Shown here one piece after another: positions 12,403 through 24,548 of a stretch of DNA of 64,000 nt; positions within the stretch are counted from its first letter, which is position 1; each line of letters begins with the position of its first letter. The DNA is from Malacoraja senta (taxonomy: Eukaryota), in NCBI GenBank assembly GCA_038087875.1, contig CM075995.1, forward strand, positions 2,916,001 through 2,980,000, read 5' to 3'. A model generated the notes under the pieces. The model was not told the origin of the DNA and searched no databases. It saw nothing but the letters and a program-made list of their open reading frames with translations. Position numbers and translations under genes: made by a program.

Positions 12403-12925
12403 ATAATAATAATAATAATAGATTTTATTTATATAGCGCTTTTCAGGACTCAAAGTCGCTTTACAATTGAGAGTCAGGAATAAACAAAACAAAATAGAGC
12501 AGTAAGACAGAGGGGGGGGGGGGAACATGGGACTAAGGGTATGCAGAGGTGAAGAGATGGGTCTTGAGGCGGGACTGGAAGATGGTGAGGGACTCAGAAT
12601 TTCGGACCGGTTGTGGGAGGGAATTCCAGAGCCTGGGAGCTGCCCTGGAGAAGGCTCTGCCTCCAAAAGTGCAGAGGTTTGATTTCGGAGTGGAGAGGAG
12701 ACCAGCTGATGTGGATCTGAGGGACCGTGAGGGTTGGTAGGGGGAGAGGAGGTCAATGAGATAAGGGGGGGCCAGGTTGTTGAGGGCTTTGTAGGTGAGG
12801 ACCAGGATTTTGTAGGTGATCCGGTGGGAAATGGGAAGCCAGTGAAGTTCTTTGAGAACTGGGGTGATGTGGTGTCAGGATTTGGTGTGGGTAATGAGTC
12901 GAGCGGCTGCATTTTGGACCAGTTG
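12403..12925 (-). mobile_element. L2 LINE 3' fragment
   Basis: Minus strand reads RAFSRAAPRLWNSL...FQSRLKTHLF; L2-type end TGTAAAGCGACTTTGAG...AAAAGCGCTATATAAATAAA with a (TAT)n tail. Confidence 0.85.
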
Positions 12926-14364
12926 GAGTCGTTTGATGCTGCTTCCCTCGACAAGGCCGCTCCCCTGGAGCAAACTTTGCTTATATTAGCTGATGAATTG
13001 ACTAATTCACTAATTAGCTAACTTACCGATTTGCTGATTAAATTCTTCAGCACTCACTCTTTCACCTGCCGCTCCTCTGCCGACCTTGAAGGTTTGTTAG
13101 TCAGTGTGGATGTTGGGCCAAAGAGCCTGTTGTATTGTATTTCCAGCACATGCATCTTTTTTTAGTCCTTTCTTAGAGTCATACAGCATGGAATCAGGCC
13201 CTTCGGCCCAAATTCTCTTCATTTTGTAGCTGCCTGTCAATTCTTCCCTGATGGACAGTATTGGGAAGCACCATGAAATATAATACAGCATGATAGTTTT
13301 TATGTACACTAGTTGTGCTTCTAACATGTAAGCATTATGCAAAGTTCCAGACTAACATTGCATTTCCATTCAGGAAAGACAAGCATTGGCTTAGCAGGTA
13401 TTATCACAACATTTAAGAAACATTTAGTCAGGTACATGAATACGACAGGCTTGGAGGGATATGGGCCAACACAGGCAGGTGGGACGTGTAGATTGGACAT
13501 ATTGGCCAGGTGAGGGGATGAAGTTGGGCCAAAGGGCCTGTTTCAACACTCTATGACTCCATAAGATACAATACGATAGAACTTTATTCATCCTCGGAGG
13601 GAATTAATCTGCCAACAGTCATAAAAACACAAAATACACCAAAAATGAAATTAAAATGACAAGTGGAAAGGATTGGGGATGTGCAAAGATTGGGGAGGGA
13701 GGTGTGGAGTGGGGGGCTGAGGGGTGTCAGTCTACCCATGACAGAAGGGGGAGGAGTGGTACAGCTTGATAGCCACAGGGAAAAGGATTCCTGCAACTTG
13801 ACTCTGTAAGTCGCAAAATATATTGCAGTTAATCAAATCCTTCTTAAGTGGAGTCACTATTGCAGTGCATATATATTTAACAACTAATTTCTGAATAACA
13901 CTCCCACAAATGAAAATAATTATGTCACAACATCATAGTCTCTAAAAATTCAGTCGTACACCACGTTTTTTTGTCAGTGGTCATAATTTTTTTTTCTGGT
14001 TTGAAACTTGTCAATGGCCACTGTGATCAGTCACTGCCACGCGAGTTGCCCTTGTGCTCTTGAATTGATTTCTGTGGCAGTATCACATGCAATGATGTCA
14101 GTTCATAAGCAATGTTTCTTTTGGATCATTGTGGAGTAACTTGGACTAGGAACAATTGTCTTTGGTCTTTTCCAGTATAATCGGGTCTTTATTGTTCTAG
14201 GAATGCAGTTAAATTCAATGAGGTAATCGCGTACATCTAGTTTATTAGGGCCCCTCGCTCAACATTGCATGGGCTGTTTGCACCACTTCCAACTGGTATC
14301 AAAGATCCAACTCCAGTTGCGTCGCTGCCTTACAGCGCCTTGACCCGGGTTTGATCTTGTGGAG

Positions 14365-14715
14365 AAGATAGAGTGGATGTGGATGTTTGCACTAGTGGGA
14401 GAGTCTAGGACTAGAGGTCAAAGCCTCAGAATTAAAGGACGTACTTTTAGGAAGGAGATGAGAAGAAATGTATTTAGTCAGAGGGTGGTGAATCTGTGGA
14501 ATTCTTTGCCACAGAAGGAAGTGGAGGCCAAGGCAGTGGATATTTTTAAGGCGGAGACAGATAGATTCTTGATTAGTACAGGTGTCAGAGGTTATGGGGA
14601 GAAGGCAGGAGAATGGGGTTAGGAGGGAGAGATAGATCAGCCATGATTGAATGGCGGTGTAGACTTGATGGGCTGAATGGCTCAATTCTACTCCTATCAC
14701 TTATGACATATAACC
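14365..14715 (+). mobile_element. CR1 LINE 3' fragment
   Basis: ORF 14359-14622 GESRTRGQSLRIKG...RVVNLWNSLP plus 3' UTR. Confidence 0.9.
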
Positions 14716-14818
14716 TTGACTATGGGTGTGTCTGTACGGAGTTTGTACATTCTCCCTGTGAATATGTGGGTTTTCCCCAGGTGCTCTGGATTTCCTCCCA
14801 CACTCCAAAGACGTACAG

Positions 14819-16221
14819 CATGGCCATCCGAAGGGGGGGGGGGGGTGCGTAGGGTGCCCTTTTTCCCAGTGAAAAAAACCCAAAACATTTGGAGCGCAAT
14901 CAGCGCTTCCACTTTGATAGAAATTACCCCAAATTCTGGTTCCAGTCCGCTGGATGATTTGGGGGGGGGGGGGGGGGATGAAAAATTGCAACCTGCACAG
15001 TTGGGGGAAGCCGGTGACGCAGTAGTGATGTAAAATGACGCTGTCTCTCCGCGCGTGCGCAGTGGGCCGGGGCGGGTTCAGGTCACCATTTGCACTCCAC
15101 ACAATCAGAGATCGCCTCGATGCCTCGTGTCAACTCTGGGTAAGTAGTGGAATATTGCGTTGCGGGAGGGGGAGTTTGTTTTTTATCCTGGGTGGCAAAC
15201 TACCCGCGAGGGGTCCGATCCGGCCCGCGAGATGATTTGGAAAAAAAAGGAGTGTCCGTTTCTCCGGGCCCAGGGGGGGGGGGGGCTGCGGTGTCTGCCC
15301 ACCCGGTCCATCGCCTCCATCTGCGGCGTCGGAGCCTCGCCGCTGGTCACGTTATGGTTGCCAATGAAACACCAAAAAAAAATCAGGAAGGAGTGGTAAA
15401 ATATTTGTCCTTTGGTTTGCTGCCTTGATTGAACCTGCAGGATTCCAGTTCTACAGGACTGGGATGCTTTTTATTTAACTTGTTAACTTCACTTTTGTCT
15501 ATTTCTCGTGCTCTTTTAAGCAGCATTCCACAAGATTGGCACAGCTTAATTTGTTGGTGTTGAAATTCATGGTGGGCATAAGCATCGCTTGGGTTCCAAT
15601 AATTGTAGAGATGCAAGGAGGACAAATGTATCTCTACATCCAAGGGGTAGCAGATTATCCCACTTCTGACACCATGTAATGAGTTGACACGAACACATAT
15701 AAAGATACAACACATGTTTATTAAATCTACTTACAGCAAGGATCTGCAGACATTACATTTCGTAGCTGCTACTCATACTAACTAGCGTTGGCACGCTCTT
15801 GATAATATAAAGCACATACTAGGCGGAGTCACTACTAACAAGCACTATAATTGGCTAGTATGAAATAGCCAATCTACAAGCTTGATTATTAAACAAGGAC
15901 AGCTTCAATTCTTGACTTTAAAAAATGTATACAACAATGACCCCAATCATCCCATTCCACCCACTCATTACTCTTGACTCAACCAAAATTTATTCTGAAA
16001 TATTGGTTATAAATTTGGTGCAGAAATGCTCCAAAATAAGGCTCAGAATGCACCAGAGAACATCTAAAACCCCAGAGCTTCCAGGGCCTTTATGCGGATC
16101 CTGGACCCCGGCCGCGAGGGACTTCGCGCTCGTGATGTGCGCTGTGCACACATTATTTCACATAAATTTTTTGTAATCCTGTCATGCCACCCCCCTTTTC
16201 GAAAAGCTTCGTACGGGCCTG
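14819..16221. mobile_element. Non-autonomous TIR DNA transposon inserted into a V-SINE, carrying a captured gene fragment
   Basis: SINE sequence CCAAAGACG-TACAG-GTTTGT is split. Ends CATGGCCATCCGAAG and CTTCGTACGGGCCTG are an 11/15 inverted match with TACAG duplicated (14814-14818, 16222-16226). An alternative reading is a TA TSD with CAG...CTG ends from 14816. Confidence 0.8.
15566..15658 (+). pseudogene. SLC5A3: Captured fragment of sodium/myo-inositol cotransporter SMIT1 (31 codons)
   Basis: Translates FMVGISIAWVPIIVEMQGGQMYLYIQGVADY; from memory, mammalian SLC5A3 reads FMVVISIAWVPIIVEMQGGQMYLYIQEVADY; flanks do not continue the match. Confidence 0.85.
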
Positions 16222-16452
16222 TACAGGTTTGTCAGTTAATTGGCTTTGGTAAAATTGTAAATTGTCCCTAGTGTGTAGGAAAGCACTGGTGTACGGTGTG
16301 ATCGCTTGTTGTTTCAGACTCAGTGGGCCAACGGGCAAAATTCCACGCTGTATCTTTAAAGTGTAGTCGGAACGACACACATTCATGTTGTCCAGGGATG
16401 CTGCCTGACCTGATTGAGTCAGAGGGACCCTTTGACTGCCCTGACTCTCAGT

Positions 16453-16480
16453 CTGAAGAAGGGTCTCGACCCGAAACGTC
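16453..16480 (+). ncRNA. Minimal hammerhead-ribozyme-like core in a Penelope pLTR (representative copy)
   Basis: CTGAAGA + A-GGGTC-TC-GACCC stem + GAAA-CG-TC; perfect copy also on the minus strand at 29232-29259. Confidence 0.55.
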
Positions 16481-17469
16481 ACTTATTCCCTCTCTCCAGA
16501 GATGCCGCCTGTCCCGCTGAGTTACTCCAGCATTTTGTGCCTATCTACTTTTTCTAAAAGGTCATGTTAGATGGCTTTTAATGATGTGTTTCTGAAACAA
16601 GCCATTGAAGGTAATGATTAGGCCAGAAATTATGTGTGGCCTTTCATTATCCGCCCACAAATGCTGAACTACTATCTACCTCATTGGTGACCCTCAGACG
16701 ATCCTTGATCGAACTTTGTTGGCTGTACCTTGAACTAAACGTTATTCCTATATCATGTATCTAAACACTGTAAAGGGCTCACTTGTAATCGTATATTATC
16801 TTTCCGTTGACTGGATAGCAAGCAACAAAAGCTTTACACTGTACCTCAGTACACGTCATCCAGATGGAAGTCACTTCCTGTCACCACATGAATGTCTGTG
16901 TTTACTGCTTCAGGGTTTTAATTTGAACAAGCAGGTCGCTGGGCACTCTTTCTCTGTGAGGAACTCATTTCATTTTTTTGTTGTCTCTTTTTTTCCATCT
17001 GTAGGCATGTTCATAAGTTCAGAAGGGAGAGGAGCAGAATTAGATCATTCGGCCCATCGTCACAAGGGATAGGAGAAAAATTAGGCCATTCAGCCCATCA
17101 AGTCTCCTCCACCATTCAATCATGACTGATCTATCTTTCCCTCTCAACCCCATTCTCCTGCCTTCTGCGTTCCATAACACCTGACACCCATACAAATCAA
17201 GAATCTATCTATCTCTGCCTTAAAAGTATCCATTGACTTGTCCTCCACAGGCTTCTGTGGCAATATATTCCACAGATGTTGTGTTTTATAAACAAAGAAC
17301 AGGAAGCCATCAGGCAGGGCTGCTCCATGCAGTGTGTCTAATTGAACAGAGAGTCAGTTCTTTCACACCTGCTTGGCTGCTTGGCTGTACACACAGAAAT
17401 ACCTGTTTTCCATGTCTGGGAAGGAACTGCAGATGCTGGTTTACTCCAAAGATAGACACAAAATGTTGG

Positions 17470-18210
17470 AGGGGGTGAGTTGTATTTTCCAGGATGCTCC
17501 GCAGTTTGAGGAGCATCCTCCGCTCCAAGACCACCTGCCACGAATCCAACTCCACTCCCAGGATGGAGCCAGCCTTCCTGATGAGTTTGTTAATTCCGTT
17601 GGCGTCCACGGCCTTCGCCCTGCTGCCCCAGCACACGACAGTGTAGAAGATGGCACGGGCTATCACCGATTGATAGAATATCTGTAGCATCTCACTGCAG
17701 ACGTTGCAAGAGCGGAGCCTCCTCAGAAAGTATAGCCGGCTCTGTCCCTTCTTGTACAGGGCCTCAGCGTTCCTGGACCAGTCCAGTTTACTCTCCAGGT
17801 AATAATAATAATAATAAATACATTTTATTTATGTGCGCCTTTCAAAAGTCTCAAGGACACCTTACAAAGTTTAACAAATAGTGTAGAAACATGTAAGCGG
17901 AATGAAATAAATAGCAAAGACATCACCAGTACACAAATTAAAGATAGAATTAAATCCCCAAACAAAAATCAAAAACACAATATGGAAGAGAGAGCAGCGG
18001 CTGCTAAAGCGCACCAGCGTCCACTCTCCCTTCCGACCGCCATCTTGGACATAGACTAACATAGACACTACACATTACACACAAAATCTGTGGGGGAAGG
18101 CACAATGTCCAGTCCCCAACCCCAGTTACCCAAAGGTAAACTCCAAGGTACTTGTACTCCTTGGTAAACTGCACATCCACACCCTTGACGGAGACAGGGG
18201 ACAGGGGACA
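17470..18210 (-). mobile_element. Rex1/Babar LINE fragment interrupted by an L2-type 3' end (~17801-18130)
   Basis: ORF 17310-17690 FYQSVIARAIFYTVVCWG...KLIRKAGSILG and EYKYLGV; (AAT)n-tailed insert with an L2-like AAAGGCGCACATAAATAAAA end. Confidence 0.7.
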
Positions 18211-19279
18211 GGGTTGTTGCATCTCCTCCTGAAGTCCTCCTAAATTTAACACATAATTCTGGTAAACCTCCTCTGCACCCATTCCAAAGCCTCCACATCC
18301 TTCTTGTAATGGGGAGTCCAGAACTCTACGCGTTCCTGACTACAGGTGCTGTCTGTATGGAGTTTGCACGTTCTCCCCGTGATCTGCTTGGGTTTTCACC
18401 GAGATCTTTGGTTTTCTCCCACACTCCAAAGACGGACAGGTTTGTAGGTTAATAGGCTTGGTAAAAATGTACAAATTGTCCAAGTTGGCGATATGCAGAG
18501 TACTGCCCTGCCGACTACAAAATTCAGAAGGTTCAATACTCCAAATACTCCATTATTCCACATCCTGGATAACTCCTCAAGAATCAAACATATGGAGGTT
18601 TAGTTTAGTTTAGTTTAATTTAGTTTAGTTTAGAGATTCAGCCCACCGAGTCCGTGCCGACCAGCGATCTCCGTACACAAACACTATCCTGCACACACTA
18701 GGAACAATTTACAATTGTACCAAGCCAATTAACCTACAAACCTGCACATCTTTGGAGGAAATCGGAGATCCCGGAGAAAATCCACTCAGATAACGGGGAG
18801 AACGTACAAACTCCGTACAGACAGCACCCGTAGTCAGGATCGAACCCGGGTCCCTGGCGCTGTAAGGTAGCAACTCGACCGCTGCGCCAGGCAACTGAAC
18901 CACCCTACCAACAACCAGAGAGCAGTTCTGAATGAGACCCTCAGACTATCTTTCATCGGGCTTTCCTGGACTTTATCTTGCACTAAATGTTACTCCCTTA
19001 TCACATTTGTAATCATGCATTGTTTTTCCAATGACTGGTTAGCACACAACAGAAGCTTTTCACTGTACCTCGGCACAGGTGACAATAAACTAGAGTAAAC
19101 TAAACTAAACTAAACCATTAGGATCTCACTCGATGTAGAGGGTAGAATAAGGCCTTATTCAACAGGCCTTACCTCTTGAATAAGGCCCTGTGGATTTAAC
19201 TAACAGTGAAGATATTTGAAGACATAATCTGGGATGCACAGAATGAGGGGTGCACTATTGAAACTGCTGTCAATAGCCA

Positions 19280-20800
19280 ATAGACAATAGATAATAGGTG
19301 CAGGAGTAGGCCATTCGGTCCCTCAAGCCATTCAATGTGATCATGGCTGATCATCCACAATCAGTACCCCGTTCCTGCCTTCTCCCCATATCCCCTGATC
19401 CGCTATCTTTAAGAGCTCTATCAAACTCTCTCTTGAAAGCATACAGAGAATTGGCCTCCACCGCCGTCTGAGGCAGAGAATCCAACAGACTCACAACTCT
19501 CTGTGTGAAAAAGTGTTTCCTCATCTCCGTTCTAAATGGCTTACCCCTATTCTTAAACTGTGGCCCCTGGTTCTGGACTCCCCCAACATCGGGAACATGT
19601 TTCCTGCACCTAGTATGTCCAAACCCTTAATAATCTTATGTCTCAATAAGATACCCTCTCATCCTTCTAAACTCCAGAGTGAAAGGAAACATCAGCAGCC
19701 TGATGTGAGGAGTGTAAAACATCTGATGGTAACTTTCATAGAAGAACAAAACATTCTCCAGGTGTTCTGATCTTATTGAAACATGTAAGATTATTAAGGG
19801 TTTGGACACGCTAGAGGCAGGAAACATGTTCCCGATGTTGGGGGAATCCAGAACGGATAATCCCAAAACACTCTGGAACCAAGAGTGCCGGAAATCTGGT
19901 GGTGGACCTGTGGAGCAAAAACAAATATTACAAGCTCATCTGTTTCCTCGTAGCATCCGCTTAGAGATAAATAGACAATAGACAATAGACAATAGGTCCC
20001 GGAGTAGGCCATTCGGCCCTTCAAGCCAGCACCAACATTCAATATGATCATGGCTGATCAACCAGAATCAGTACCTAGCCTCTGCTTTCTCCCCATATCC
20101 CTTGATTCAGTTAGCTCTAAGAGCTATATCTGATTCTCTCGTAAATATATCCAGTGAATTGGCCTCCACTGCCTTCTATGGAAGGGAATTCCACAGATTC
20201 ACAACTCTCTGGATACATTTTATTTCTTCATCTCTGTACTAAATGGCCTACCCCTTATTCTTACACTGTCACCCCTAGTTCTGGACTCCCCCAATATCGG
20301 GAAAATTTTACCTGCCTCTAGCCTGTCCAATTCCTTAAGAATTGTATATGTTTCTATAAGATCCTCTCTCATCCTTCTAAATGGCCCCATTGCAGAAGCG
20401 TCCATGTCGCGGGGCTGGAAACTGGAAGTATCCTGAGCTAATTCTGCTACCGCCATCATCTATTGCAACAAGTGATGGCTTCCACTGATTGTCGCCGGAA
20501 GCCAACATCCTTTTCAGGATGGACGATGACAGCGAGGCCAAAATTTGTAACAAGATGGACTTGAAAGGAGAAGATCCTTCTAAATTCCAGTGAATATAAA
20601 CTCAGTCGACCCATTCTTTCATCATATGTCAGTCCCGCCATCCCGGGAATTAACCTGGTGAACCTCCCTCAATGGCAACAATGTCCTTCCTCAAAATAGG
20701 AGACCAAAACTGCACACAGTACTCCAGGTGCGGTCTCACCAGGGCCTGTACAACTGCAGTTGGACCTCCTTGCTCCTGTACTCAAATCCTCTCGCTATGG
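19280..20800 (-). mobile_element. Cluster of rearranged CR1 3' fragments
   Basis: Two CR1 tails (AGACAAT)n-AGGTGCAGGAG, an inverted internal piece at 19770-19852 and an inserted block at 20383-20573. Confidence 0.8.
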
Positions 20801-21205
20801 GAACTAATCTGCTGGTTCCGTCCAGGTCAGAGTTCCAGAGCCCCGACTGCAGGGGGTAAATTTGACCCTACGATATGGGCGGAAGTCCCGAAGAGGTTGA
20901 GATCGGCCGCCTCACCCGACCACAGATTATGGCTTCAAGTATCTTCAGTGTTACTTGAATCCACACGACCTCTGGGGGGACTGTTCAAGTGCACCTTCGT
21001 AATTTTGTTCGGATTATAGGAGGTGCCGGACCACCAGTTGCCGGAAAATCAGTGGTGGACCTGTATTTTATTTGCAAGATGTTCCCCACTGCAAATGGAC
21101 AGCTGTGTTTGCCTACATAGTTTTGCATGCAGTTGTGACCATCCACTGTTTCTAAGAGTCACAGATGGTGGAAAATGTTGCTGTAGACGGAACAAATATG
21201 CCATA

Positions 21206-21500
21206 GGCGGCACGGAGGCACAGCGATAGAGTTGCTTCCTCACAGCGCCAGGGGCCCGGTTTCGATCCTGACTAGGGGTGCTGGCTGTACGGAGTTTGCA
21301 CGTTCTCCCCATGCCCGCGTGGGTTTTCTCCGGGTGCTCCGGTTTCCTCCCATACTCCAAAGACCTGCAGGTTTGGAGGTTAATTGGCTTCGGTAAGAAT
21401 TGTAAATTCAGGATAGTATTAGTGCACGGGGATCGCTGGTCGGCACTGACTCGGTGGGCCGAAGGGCCTGTTTCAGCGCTGTACCTCCAAACTAAACTAG
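21206..21500 (+). mobile_element. V-SINE (HE1-like)
   Basis: tRNA head, V-domain, TAAAC tail; similar copies at 18600-18890(-), 22078-22370(-), 22568-22870(+), 23140-23490(-), 24750-25030(+), 25050-25325(-). Confidence 0.85.
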
Positions 21501-23664
21501 GGGGAGAGATAGCAACAGTAAGTGAGCCTGAATTTGGCCCTTCTCAATCTGAGCTATAAGAAGATAGAAACAATGCTGGAGTAACGCAGCGGGGCAGGTA
21601 GCATGGAATGAGTAACGTTCGGGTCGAGACCCTTCTTCAGAGCTACAGTATAAGAAGCAATGAGTTGGAGTCTAGAGCTGGATTGCATCATCCATCTGTG
21701 ACTCCAGCTTTTTAGTTTAGTTTAGTTTACTCCAGCTGAGTCTAGAATTGTCTCGTGATGGCCTTCTGGAGCTTGTTCCTGGGCTTGGCATATGACCCTG
21801 GATTGCACAGATCTCGTCTTCAGTAAATTGCAAATCTCCATAAGTCCTGGGCTTCTGGTAGTGGGAAGACTTGGAATATTTAGTACATGTTTCTTCAATG
21901 GTGCGATAGTCCCTTCCTCTGTATGTATGTCTTTTGTTTCTCGATTCCCCTACTCTGGGGACTCTGTGCATCCACAGGATCTATTCCTCCCATGATGTTG
22001 TACACCTCTAAATGATCACCCCTCATCCTCCTGCACTCTAAGGAATAGAGTCCTAGCCTGCTCAATCAATCCCTATAGTTTAGTTTAGAGATACAGCACG
22101 TAAACAGGCCCTTTCGGCCCACCGGGTCCGCGCCGATCAGCGATCCCGGCACATTAACACTATCCTATACCCACAAGGGACAATTTTTACTTTTACCAAG
22201 CCAATATCTGTACGTCTTTGGAGTGTGGGAGGAAACCGAAGATCTCGGAGAAAACCCACGCATGTCACGGGGAGAACGTACAAACTCCGTACAGACAGCA
22301 CCCGTAGTCAGGATAGAATCTGGGTCTCCGGCGTTGCATTCGCTGTAAGGCAACAACTCTACCGTTACACCCTCAGGCCCTCAAGCACTGGCAACATCCT
22401 CGTAAATCTTCTCTGCACCCTTTCCAGCCTTTTCTGGGGAGATTAGTATTCCCCATGTATGTTTTTGCATGAGGCCAGAGTTTGCCGCAAACATGTTGAT
22501 ATTTGGAAGCACTGCACCATACCAGTGACAGCAGCTTCAGCAGGATGTGCATGAACAGCCACAGTTAGGGGCGGCACGGCAGCGCAGCAGTAGAGTTGCT
22601 GCCTTCCAACGCCAGAGATCCGGGTTTGATCCTGACTATGGGTGTTGCCGGTACGGAGTTTGTACGTCCTCCTCATGACAATGTAGGTTTTCTCCGGGTG
22701 CTCCGGTTTCCTCCCACACTGCCAAGGAGTTGGTTAAATGGCTTTGGTAAAAATATTATAAATTGTCCCCAGTGTGTGGAGGATCGTGCTCGTGTGCGGG
22801 GATCGCTGGTCGGCGCGGACTCGGTCGGCCCGAAAGACCTGTTTCCACGCTGTATCTCTAAAGTCTAAACGGTCAACTGCAGATACTCGGAAACTGCTGG
22901 CAATCATTCACTGCTTCTCCACAGGGAGTAGGATGTTGTAACCTTCTCCAGTATAATCCTCCATCGTCTGCAATCTGATCAGACCTTCGGGGACTTTGCA
23001 AGCACTTTTATTGAAAAAAAGATCTTAAACAAGTTTAAATGTTGCTGCATGTGGTGAATGTGAGCTTTTATTGGCCGACTAGGCTTGATTTACTGACATC
23101 AATCTACCTGGCTCCAATAGCTTTTAGACTTGTTTAGACATTACACTTTAGACATACAGCGCAGAAACAGGCCCTTTGGCCCACTGGGTCCATGCCGACC
23201 AACGATCGCCCCGTACATTAGCACTATCCTACACACCAGGGACAATTTACAATTTACAGAAGCCAATTAACCTACAAACCTGCACGACTTTGGAGTGTGG
23301 GAGAAAACCAACGTGGTCAAGTCAAGAGAGTTTATTGTCATGTGTCCCTGATAGGACAATGACATTCTTGCTTTGTTTCAGCACAACAGAACATAGTAGG
23401 CATTGACTACAAGGGGAGAAGGTACAAACTCCGCACAGACAGCACCAGTGGTCAGGATCGATGTAGGGCAGCAACTCTACCGCTGTGCCTCTATGCTATC
23501 CCACCCTCGCGATTAATGGTGTTTTGTTTCCAAACCAATTCTGAGGAATGGAAGTCATGTGTGTGTTCATTTTGAAGGTAGATACAAAATGCTAGATTAA
23601 CGCAGCGGGTGTGGAGAGAAGGAATGGGCGACGTTTCGGATCGAGGCCCTTCTTCATACTGTGA

Positions 23665-24548
23665 TAATAGACAATAGACAATAGACAATAGGTGCAGGAG
23701 TAGGCCATTCATCCCCAATCAGTACCCTGTTACTGCCTTCTCCCCATATCCCCTGACTCCGCTATTTTTAAGAGCCCTATCTAGCTCTCTCTTGAAAGCA
23801 TCCAGAGAACCTGCCTCCACCGCCTTCTGAGGCAGAGAATTCCACAGACTCACCACTCTCTGTGAGAAAAAGTTTTCCTCGTCTCCGTCCTAAATGGCTT
23901 ACTCCTTATTCTTAAACTGTGGCCCCTGGTTCTGGACTCCCCCAACATCGGGAACATGTTTCCTGCCTCTAGTGTGCCCAAGCCCGTAACAATCTTATAT
24001 GTTTCAATGAGATACCCTCTCATCCTTCTAAACTCCAGAGTGTACAAGCCCAGCTGCTCCATTCTCTCAACATATGACAGTCTCGCCAACCCGGGAATTA
24101 ACCTTGTAAACCTACGCTGCACTGCCTCAATAGCAAGAATGGCCTTCCTCAAATTAGGGGACCAAACTGCACACAATACTCTAGGTGTGGTCTCACTAGG
24201 GCTCTGTACAACTGCAGAAGGACCTCTTTGCTCCTATATTCGATTCCTCTTGTTATAAAGGCCAACATGCCATTCGCTTTCTTCACTGCCTGCTGTACCT
24301 GCATGCTTACTTTCATAGACTGATGTACAAGGACCCCCAGATCCCGTTTACTTCCCCTTTTCCCAACTTGACGCCATTTAGATAGTAATCTGCCTTCCTG
24401 TTTTTGCTAACATTGTGGATAACCTCACATTTATCTGCATTAAACTTCATCTGCCATGCATCTGCCCACTCCCCCAACCTGTCCAAGTCACCCTGCATTC
24501 TCATAGCATCCTCCTCATAGTTCATGCTGCCACCCAGCTTTGTGTCAT
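23665..24548 (-). mobile_element. CR1 LINE 3' fragment
   Basis: DTKLGG...DLDRLGEWADAWQMKFNADKCEV...WSPNLRK...TRGHSL; (AGACAAT)n tail. Confidence 0.92.

Noticed and set aside
15566..15658. Functional SLC5A3 exon
   Set aside because: Only 31 codons match, no other SLC5 sequence is visible in the window, and the piece lies inside a mobile element nested in a SINE
14819..16221. RAG-like/Transib transposon, suggested by the possible 5-bp TSD and a CxxC peptide
   Set aside because: Termini are CAT/CAG rather than CAC, there is no RSS-like heptamer/nonamer, and no RAG1-core motifs are visible
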